Assembly (NCBI RefSeq): GCF_006345805.1
Contig: NC_043019.1
Coordinates: 18,041,360 to 18,105,359 of the forward strand
DNA: 64,000 bases
Direction of reading: 5' to 3'
From: Octopus sinensis
Taxonomy: Eukaryota
Both the position numbers and the translations under genes were made by a program. Below, one piece after another: positions 51,862 through 64,000 of this stretch. The notes under the pieces were generated by a model. That model worked only from the letters and a program-made list of their open reading frames with translations, had not been told where the DNA came from and did no database searches. Numbering within the stretch: the first letter of the stretch is position 1; each line of letters starts with the position of its first letter.

Positions 51862-52340
51862 AATAAACCAATAAAGGAACGTCTACATGGTCACTAAACA
51901 TGCTAGAAACAGCAGCCAAATCTCCCTCACATCAGAACCAAATGTCTTTTAAAATAAGGAAGAAACCATTGAATCATTCCATTGGATGGAGGATTGGTAG
52001 AGTCAGTAGAGTGACACACAGAGAAGGCTTGTGCTGTTGTGTTGTGCATGTTTATGGCCTGAGTTCAAATCTGGCAGTAGTCAGTTGGCTTTTTAGCCTT
52101 CCAAGGTCAATGTTTTAAGTACCAGCTGAATAGTGGGGATATTCTAATTTAAGACCATCTTGTGGTATATAAGAAATCTATACACACACACACACATACT
52201 CAGGTGTAGCTATGTACCTTCCAACTATATATTTTTGAGTTCAATTCCACTGCGTGCCGCCTTTGGCATGGGTCTTTTATAATAACACCAGGCTAACCAA
52301 AACCTTTTGAGTAAACTGACAGAAACTGAAAGAAGGCCAT

Positions 52341-52371
<31 letters not shown>

Positions 52372-54138
52372 TGTGTGTTAACGTCTCCTGATCTTAACAT
52401 CCGATGATAGTTGTAACCGAGCATCATCATCATCAAACAAGCTGTGCCCTTCATCTCCACTCCTTCATGAAAACATGTCCTGCCATGGGGAAGAGATGAC
52501 CTAATTTGGAAATGGGTGAAGCAATGGCATCCAGCTGTAGAAAATCTGACCAATGCAAGTATGGAAAAGTGGACATTAAAATCATGATGACGACGATGAT
52601 GATGATGATGTCGGCATTGTCATCATTATCTTCATCCTCCTCTTTTATTCTTTAAACTTCATCAACCATTTTAATATCAACCTGTTTGAGACTAAAGTGA
52701 ACTAAAATATTCACATTTAAATTAAAACCTCCATCAAAATCTCCTCCAGTCAATCAGGAATGATATCCTTTGACCTCAGTTGCTTAAAACCCCTGCTTAA
52801 TTAATCTCTATGAAGTGACAAATACTTCACTAAATCTTCCAAGACCATATTCTAACAAGAATGACACCATGATATTTCAGTTGGTAGAAAAGCAGCAGCA
52901 ATCACAGAATTCAGGGCAACCATTGAACGAGAAAGTCCAAAGGAAATCTTTCCTGATGTTCATGATTCCATTTCTGTGCATTATCGACCAGAACGGTCAT
53001 CAGTTTGAAAACTGGCATTTATAAAAGAAAACTGTAAAGTTTCAGTTATTTTAACTTCCTCTTCCACAAAAATTTTGATTGCATAAAAATAATTAATTGA
53101 GACACTAAAGCAATCTTCTCATTAGATTTATAATTAAGGAAGAGGTCATCATAATTACTACGTTTAATGTTCACATATTCAAGTGGTTCCGTGAATGAAT
53201 GGCAGAAGTGTAGGGTTATGAGATCCCTCTGGTCTGTTCAGCCTTGCTCATCATGTATTGGTGCCACAAGAAAACACTGACTGGAACACTTGGGAACTGT
53301 GCCAAAGCAGACATGTTTGAGCTCTGAGTCTTTGGGAACAGTCGCACCCAATGGGGATGGACTTGGATCAGCCGACCAGCTCATGCCAGCATTGAAAACA
53401 GAAGTACAATGATGATGATGATGGGGGGGGGAGAAGGAGGAGGAGGAGGTCACCACCACCACCAGCCATAAAGGTGTAATCAAGCTTGCTACAGCAGAAG
53501 CAGACATTGTGGTGAAATACATCAAGAAACTGCTACAGTTGGGTAAACATATGGTATTGATGTGGGTGGGGTTTTAGGTAGGTGGATGGGGTACCCAGGT
53601 TCTGTGGTTGCCATCTTTACAGTATTTCACTGACTGGTGGTACAACTAACATCATCTTCTTCATTATCATCATCATCATTAAATTTGAAATAAATCTGGC
53701 TGCTACTTTTAGCAAACTGACTAAATGGTTCGTTAATTATGGTCTTGATGATGACGATGGCAATGGTTATGATGATGATGATGATAAAAGTGGCTGATGT
53801 TGTTGTTGTTTAATCTCAAATCAGCTCTGATGAAGATCTACAATCTGAGGCATAGCAGCTATATATATATATATATATATATACTTTTGTGAGTTGAATT
53901 AAGCAAACACTATATATGAGAGAGATTTTCTTTAAGTATTAGAAATAGCCTTAAAAAAGTTTTTTAGCTGCTATTTCTAATGAGTTCAGTATGCGGCAAA
54001 GTAATTTATTTTACTAAGCCCTTTTATATAATGTAATAATTTGAATTCGCCTTGAATGGTCCCTTTGCATACTGAACACTTGGTGAAATTGATTAATTTT
54101 GCCCTCAATTGTTGAAATATATATATATATATATATAT

Positions 54139-56138
54139 CATCATCATCATCATCGTTTAACATCTGCTTTCCATGCTGGTATGGCTTGGATGATTTGACT
54201 GAGGACTGGCAAACCAGATGGCTGCACCAGGCTCCAATCTTGATCTGGCAGAGTTTCTACAGCTGGATGCCCTTCCTAACACCAACCACTTCGAGTGTGT
54301 AGTGGATGCTTTTATGTGCCACCAGCACAAGGGCCAGTCAGGCAGTACTGGCAACGGCCACACTTAAATGGTGATCTTTGTGTGCCACCTGCACAGGAGC
54401 CAGTCCAGTGGCACTGGCAACGACCTCGCTCGAATATTTTTTTTCCACTTGCCACTGGCACAAGTGCCAGTAAGATGATGATGGTGATGATTATGTTTGA
54501 ATGGTGCTTTTTATGTGCCACTGGCACAGAAGCCAGTCGGCTGCTCTGGCAACGATCATGCTTGGATGGTGCTCTTAGCACTCCACTACCACAGATGCTA
54601 GTCATGTGGTGCTGTCATCGAATTTGATTTTCATTTCGATTTCACTTGTCTCAACAGGTCTTCGCAAGCAGAGTTTAATGTTCAATGAAGGAAAGGTACG
54701 CATAAGTGCGCTGGTTACACCCCTGGCATAGGCCAAAGGTTATGGTCTCACTTGGCTTGATGGGTCTTCTCAAGCACAGTATATTTCCAAAGGTCTTGGT
54801 CACTAGTCATTGCCTCGGTGAAGCTCAGTGTTTGAAGATCATGCTTCACCACCTCATCCCAGGTCTTCCTGGGTCTACCTCTTCCACAGGTTCCCTCAAC
54901 CACTAGGGTGTGACACTTTTTCACACAGCTATCCTCATCCATTCTCGCCACATGACCATACCAGCGCAGTCATCTCTCTTGCACGCCACATCTGATGCTT
55001 CTTAGCTCCAACCTTTCTCTCAAGGCACTAACACTCTGTCGAGTATGCACACTGACATTATACATCCATCAGAGCATGCTGGCTTCATTCCTTGCAAGCT
55101 TACGCATATCCTCAGCAGTCACAGCCCATGTTTAACTGACATGTAGCATGGCTGTTCATACACATGCGTTGTACAGTCTACCTCTGAGCGAGAGGCCCTT
55201 TGTCACCAGCAAAGGTAGGAGCTCTCTGAACTTTGCCCAGTCTATTCTTATTCTAGTAGCTACACTTTCAGAGCACCCACCCCATTACTGACTTGGTCAC
55301 CTAGGTAACAGAAGCTATCAACTACTTCTAATTCTTCTCCCTGGAATGTGGCAGAAGTTGGTCTCTGCACATTTTCGATGTTTATTGCTCCCGAGCATCT
55401 GCCACATACAAAAACTACCTTCCCAGTTAGCCTTCCTTTGATATTGCTGCACCTCTTATGTGTCCATAGCTTACAGTGGGTACATCTTATAGAGTTTCTA
55501 CCTATGCCTTTTTTACAGATCAAGCAGGGCCATCTACCTGAAGGGATTTGTGGTTTGCCTGCCTTCCTACTTATTAGGACTTTGGTTTTTGCTAGATTGA
55601 CTCTAAGGCCCTTCGATTCTAATCCTTGCTTCCACACCTGAAACTTCTTCTCTTGTTCTGATAGTGACTCAGCAATTAGAGCAAGGTCATCAGCATAGAG
55701 GAGCCCCTGTCTTAAACTCCTCTGTTATTGCCTGGAGGACTATGATGAATAAGAGGGGGCTGAGGACTGAACCTTGGTGGACCCCTACCTCTACCTGGAA
55801 TTCTTCACTGTACTCGTTGCCAACCCTCACCTTACTGACAGCGTCCCTGTACATGGCTCGCACGGCTCTCACTAACCATTCATCTATCCCTAGTTTCCTC
55901 ATTGACCACCAGATAAGGGATCTGGGTCTTTCTCCATGTCAATGAAAGCCAGGTACAGAGGTTTATGTTTGGCTAGGCATTTCTCCTGCAGCTGTCTTAC
56001 CAGAAATATAGCATCAGTGATGCTTTTCCTTGGCACAAACCCAAACTGTATCTCATCCAAACTGACTCTCACCCTAATTAGTTGGGCTATGACCCTCTCC
56101 GTGACCTTCATTACCTGATCCAACAGCTTGATACCTCT
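54139..56138 (-). mobile_element. 5'-truncated RTE-clade LINE (RT, PHD-like insert, repetitive 3' UTR, (ATG)n tail)
   Basis: RGIKLL, QFGF, FIDMEK, GVHQGSVLSPLLF, LYADDL and GLRVN motifs in broken frames. Ends in GTTAAACGATGATGATG. Confidence 0.92.
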
Positions 56139-56169
56139 ATATATACATACATACATATATATATATATT

Positions 56170-58345
<2,176 letters not shown>

Positions 58346-58751
58346 ATACATATATATTCATAATTAGACAGATAGATACAAACATACATATTATATATAT
58401 GTCTGTGTGAGTAGGACTAAATTATTCAATCTATCCTGACTTTAACATGGTAGGGAATGATTTGAGGGAGATTTAGCTGCTATGGAGGAATTTAATTGGC
58501 TTGGAGTAAGGCTAGCAAAGAGGAAGAGGAGGAGGAGAGATTGGTTATTGGTTTATGTAGCAGATTATATTGGCAGCTGGGCAAGTAATTACACATACAC
58601 GTGTGTGTGTGTATGTGTGTGAGTGAATATATGTATATATGGATGTGCGTGTGTGTATATATATATGTATATATATATATATGTATATGTATATATATAT
58701 ATGTATATATATATATAGGTGAGAAAGTGGTGTGTGAAAGCACATGGTTGA

Positions 58752-60246
58752 ATATATAGAAAATAGTAAAAAGTGAAAAAACTACAGAAGGCTTGTTTTA
58801 AAAGGTTAAAAAATATATTTGAGTCATTATGTCAGAAGAATGTTATAACATAGTTTTTGAAGAAATTACTGGTTTCATGTTAACTTTTCAAATTTCTCAA
58901 AACATCGTGTTACGTCTTCGTTATGAAGTGCAAAGAAGAGTTCCAGGTAGGGGGAGGTAATAACCGATTTTTTCAGGTATAAGGGAGATAATCGCTTTAT
59001 ATTTCTTTTCCCTTTTATTTAATGGGGTGAATTTCTCTGTATAAGAATGTTAGAGTGGTTAAGTTTGGGCTTATATTTTTCAATGAAGAATGTTTCCTTG
59101 TTTAGTCTAATTTGTGTTGGTGTTCCAATAGCACATTGATAAAATGGAAAGATTAAAAATTGTGGTAGTAGTTGCTTTGCGCATTTCTCAATATGTTCAC
59201 TAAAGGGTATCATTCTGTATTCTGGGAATGCAATTTGTTGTCGATGCAGAGTGTATCTATGTCTGAGTGATAGTCCCGTGGACCCCACGTAGTTTTGGTG
59301 GCAGCCCGAGCATCTTATGACCTAAATTATGTTTTCAGAAGCACAAGTAAAATTAGATTTGATCTTGAATTTTTGTCCCTCTTTGAACCTAGTAATAAGG
59401 AAAAACCGAAGATAATCAGCCTTTCAACCAAACCTCTCTCTAACATAAAAATTGACATCCTCTCAAAAGGGCTCAAATTTACTCCAACTCCACGCAAAGC
59501 CAACCTAAATGAAATCAAGGATAATATAACAGAATTCTGCAGAAAATTAAGACTAGCAGAAGCATCAACCAGTTTCAATACTGAAGATGAATCACTAGTC
59601 AAGAACAAAAATTCAAGATCAAATCTAATTTAACCTGTGCTTCTGAAAACATAATTTATGTCATAAGATACTCGGGCTGCCACCAAAACTACGTGGGGTC
59701 CACGGGACTATCACTCAGACATAGATACACTCTGCATCGACAACAAATTGCATTCCCAGAATACAGAATGATACCCTTTAGTGAGCATATTGAGAAATGC
59801 ACAAAGCAACTACTACCACAATTTTTAATCTTTCCATTTTATCAATGTGCTATTGGAACACCAACACAAATTAGACTAAACAAGGAAACATTCTTCATTG
59901 AAAAATATAAGCCCAAACTTAACCACTCTAACATTCTTATACAGAGAAATTCACCCCATTAAATAAAAGGGAAAAGAAATATAAAGCGATTATCTCCCTT
60001 ATACCTGAAAAATCGGTTATTACCTCCCCCTACCTGGAACTCTTCTTTGCACTTCATAACGAAGACGTAACACGATGTTTTGAGAAATTTGAAAAGTTAA
60101 CACGAAACCGGTAATTTCTTCAAAAACTATGTTACTGTATGAAAAAATTTTATAACATTCTTCTGACATAATGACTCAAATATATATTTTAACCTTTTAA
60201 AACAAGCCTTCTGTAGTTTTTTCACTTTTTACTATTTTCTATATAT
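58752..60246. mobile_element. Penelope-like element: inverted pseudo-LTR + N-terminal ORF fragment + pseudo-LTR, RT deleted
   Basis: Inverted arms of ~625 bp at 58752-59376 and 59605-60246. GIY-YIG motif NIIYVIR.SGCHQNYVGSTG. The spacer encodes LSKGLKFTPTP, a typical PLE pre-RT motif. Confidence 0.88.
60084..60118 (+). ncRNA. Minimal type I hammerhead ribozyme fold (U3-A8 core) in the PLE pseudo-LTR
   Basis: GAAAT-TTGAAAA-GT(TAAC)AC-GAAA-CCGG-TA-ATTTC. Helix I, helix II and a palindromic helix III all pair. Activity untested. Confidence 0.7.
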
Positions 60247-60939
60247 ATATATATATATATATATTTACTAAGAAACCACCTTTATTTCTTTCTCCCCTCT
60301 TTCCCTCTAACTCTCTCTCCCTCTCTCTTGTTCCTCCTTCTCTTTCTCCAACTGTCTATCTATCTACCTATCTCTCCAATCAAGAAGACTAAGGAATTCA
60401 CTGAGACCATTCCAGAAGAGCTTCTTTTAGTTTCAGAATGTGTAACAATTACCTGAACATGTAATACGTGTGTGTGTGTGTGTGTGTGTGTTTGCATGTG
60501 AAAAAGGGAAGGAGGAGTTACAGTGATATGCAATTTCCCTAAACTGATAAATGGTATTTGGTATCTGTAAATCTGGCAATCACTATCGTTACAGCTAAAC
60601 TGAAAGGTGGAAACACTCACAAAACTGATAATCTCAATTTTAATTCAACCCTCACCCCCCCCCCCTATTGCCTTCACTATCCAACTCCTCCTCTTCCTCC
60701 ACCTCTCTCCAGACTTCTACAATTAATTCTCTCAGGCTTTTTCTCTCTCTCTCTTTCACTCTGCCTTTTTCGTTTTCGTGTGTGTAATACACAAATGTGT
60801 ATGTGTGCATGTGTCTATATAGATTATATGCACATATAGGTCTCTTCTATTTCTTAAATATTATAAATCTTCCACTGAGGAGGGAACCGGTTCCCAACAA
60901 AGATACAAGGCTCCATCTTTGGGACTATGTTTAACACAG

Positions 60940-61760
60940 ACAAATTCACGTTTGCCACTCACAGATTGCACTTGTAATGTACGAATCATCCAGTCAATTT
61001 CCCTTTCTGAAAATCCCAGTTCATCCAGATTCTCCTTTAAGCATTTACTAACAAAACCCAGTGCTCCAATTATTATCGGAATGAACAGGAATTCATAGTC
61101 TGGATACAGAAACTGGAGGTTTTGAGGCAATTGTCCATAGATATCCTCTTTTTCTTTGTTTTTCAAAGAGACATTTACATCCGCTGGGCAGCTGACCTCT
61201 ATCATGGTACATACCTTTGCCCCTCTCTCCCAAACAACAATGTTACGTTTACATTTGACTGAAGTTTTGATGGGAATATTCCACCAGTATTCCTTGAGTT
61301 GGTGTTTATGAATGTATTCCGTAACAGAGGGATTTTCTAAGTTTATTTCAGGAGAGTCTTTTTTGTGGAGGGCATTGTAAATTGTTTAAGCAACAACATC
61401 GTTCCGCATTGGGAGGTTGTACCGTGACAACATTTTAGGACAGTTGCTAATCACATGCATAATGACTTCCACAGAAGCATGACATAGCCTACACATGGGG
61501 TTGCACCTTGGGATTACAAAAGCATCACTGCCTCTCTTGTTCACCAGGTACTTTGTGGCCATCTCCTGTTCATGGATTGCAAATGCATAGCCTTCAAAGT
61601 GTGATGTGAAGTATGTATAGCACTTGTGACTTTCCATCCATGACCTCTCAGATGACAATTCAGTCCCGTTGTAGATCTGCATGGGTTGAAGCATATGTGA
61701 CTGACAAAAGTTGTTAACTTTTTGCCCCCTTCCAACTGGTTAGGTCTGCACATGTCACCA
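60940..61760 (-). mobile_element. RLE-type non-LTR retrotransposon remnant (R4/Dong-like C-terminus)
   Basis: EGYAFAIHEQEMATKY, CCHC knuckle CRLC...H..S.C and R.DVVA, then IEVSCPADVN...K...Y..L and IPIIIGALG of the restriction-like endonuclease. Frameshifted. Confidence 0.75.
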
Positions 61761-62023
61761 CTTTTCCCTCACCATCGGATTTTCAGGATGAGAAATGAGG
61801 TCAGCACAAAGAGATCTCTCTACATAACTGGATTATAGTGATGGGTGCTTGTATGGCACGAGCACCACGCCCTCAGGCTCTAATGGTTGCTGCCTAAGTA
61901 TGACTGAAAACTGCATCCGGTTGAGCGGCTCCGATTCAGGAGTTGCAGGCTTTTGAGGGCAGTGGAACCACATACAAAGATATATACATACATATATACA
62001 TACACATTCCATCCATCCATCCA

Positions 62024-62062
<39 letters not shown>

Positions 62063-62689
62063 ATACATACATACATACATACATACATACGTACATACGT
62101 ACATACATGCGTACATACGTATATACATGCATACATACATAAATACATACATACATACATATGTGTGTACACGCACAAACACACACACACACATATATGC
62201 ATACATGCATGCACACCCACTCTTCAAAAGCATGTTTGCATAGTATAAGAAGAACTACTCTGATGACGAGGAAACGAGGGTGATGGGAGCAAGGGAGGGC
62301 AGGTGTGGGGGGGTTGCTACGAGAGCTTAGGGGCTGCTAATGTGTTGGGGTAGAAGATTGGGGTTGGCAGGGATTATCTCCTCACTCCATACACTATCCT
62401 CAGTTTAAATGATGTTGTACACTAGATGGTTGGGTGGGGCTGGAGGTAAAAGGGATGTGGAGGATTAAGGCAATGGGAAAGAGGGTGGAGGTGGTGGGAT
62501 GAAGACTAAATCATTTTAATATATTTTATATACTTACATAATATAAAATATTATATTTCATTGGTCTATGTATCTGTGTAGCATGTATATAAATAGATGT
62601 ATGTGTAAATACACACAAACACACACGTATATATATATATATATATGGTAGTTGATGGTTGTCTACTCCTTATGCAGAGTCTGACCCCC

Positions 62690-62905
62690 CCCCCCTTCTA
62701 CCTACACCTTAGAACCATCTTGGTGCCTGATTTTTAAAGCAGACAATATTTTGAAAAGACACCCACATAGAATGCACATCCAATTTGGACCACCAAGAGC
62801 TGCAGATAAGTTCTGATCTTTGTGGATCTTAAAATGTGTTTTGAAGCCTTCCTTAGATTTGCAGACCTTCTGGCATACCTTGCATTCAAAGGTGTGCACA
62901 GACAT
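62690..62905 (-). mobile_element. Two degenerate C2H2 fingers, probably a LINE ORF2 C-terminus
   Basis: CKVCQKVCKSKEGFKTHFKIH and CILCGCLFKILSALKIRH. No splice or gene context was seen. Confidence 0.45.
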
Positions 62906-64000
62906 ATAGGCAGAATAGTTGGTAGAGGTTCATTTTCCATGGGTTCGCAAATGATTTGAGCCCAACATATACATACAAACATCTTTCTATATATATTTAT
63001 GTATATGAAACAATGCATATGTGTTGTTGAAAAGCCAGAAACTGCTGTGATAATTTGGGAACAAGTCCCTTTTGTCAATGTAGTGTGTTAAAAACAATAC
63101 ACTCCGGCGCTGTAATGAAATGAAATCCTGAAAGCAACTGTGAGAACAACAGATGTGCACTTCACTGTCTTTGCAGTTTGTCAACGTCATATACTCCAGC
63201 AGGAAATCATGTCAGCCAGTCTCAAGTATAGAGAAACAGTTAAGAAACATTTCCCAGGCTTCGCTAAAATAAAATTCAAATTATCTTATAGAAGCAGCTC
63301 AAGATCAAAATTTTTATCTACAGACATATCTAACATATGTATATTGTGGTGAAGCCAGAATGGTTCCATTCCCTGGCATGTCTACCTGTCCAACCTCATA
63401 AGTGCAACCTCATTAGTGATTACACAAAAGCTGGATTGTCAACACAGTCTCTCAAAGCAGCCCCTATGAACCCTTAAATGACATAAACTAACACAACTCC
63501 CTCACGCTTTATTATATGAGACTAAAGGACAATTTTTATCCCCACTACACCCTTCAAAACTTCCATGCTTCCTGAAATTCACCAACAGCACACCTGAAAT
63601 TCACCAACAGCACACCTGATGTCCCTCCATCTTCTTATTTATTTAAAAAGAATTTTTTATTAACGACCCACTCACGGTTCACTTCCTCTCCATCATTCCA
63701 CGTACTTTTGGCTACTCTCAGCTGTATTGTACCTGAGCACTGTATACAATAATGATGATGATGATAATGATAATGATCAACATCATCATTATTATTGTTA
63801 ATTAGCAGCATATAGTCCTACCTGCCATTGTCTAACACAGACTGGTAGTTTTTTGTAATTAGTTGGTTGCTTGACAAGACCAAACAAAAAAGAAAGCTAC
63901 CAATGTTATGACTAGTATCCTCCTCCCCACCCGATGGCTTAATTATCGTGGGAGGTGGAGGGACTGTTTTTCTGGTGGTCATGGTGATGTTGTAGGGTCG

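Noticed and set aside
62255-62280. CTGATGA-CGAG-GAAAC motif
   Set aside because: No helix II, helix III or cleavage triplet.

Overview
AT-rich, microsatellite- and transposon-dense animal genomic DNA. The repeat families and gene content suggest a cephalopod, most likely Octopus (inference). Two spliced host genes sit head-to-head about 1.46 kb apart. On the minus strand is a 5-exon, 182-aa PTB-domain gene resembling ICAP-1/ITGB1BP1 (CDS 17553->3992). On the plus strand is a 9-exon, 304-aa TFIIS/TCEA gene (CDS 19014->36884). TFIIS intron 5 is a minor-spliceosome (U12-type) intron that, as assembled, must end AT...AA to keep the frame, and it is almost filled by a ~530 bp CT tract. The rest is decayed mobile DNA: mariner elements, an RTE LINE with a PHD-like finger inside its RT ORF, an RLE-type (R4-like) LINE remnant, three non-autonomous Helitron-like elements, several tRNA-headed SINE families and Penelope-like (PLE) fragments. 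One PLE has inverted pseudo-LTRs carrying a minimal hammerhead ribozyme fold with a U3-A8 covariant core. Also present: two perfect long fold-back palindromes, a pair of MITE-like hairpins in TFIIS intron 1, and a 39-bp minisatellite with higher-order structure. All gene models were built by hand, without RNA or database evidence. No CRISPR, rRNA or true tRNA genes were seen.
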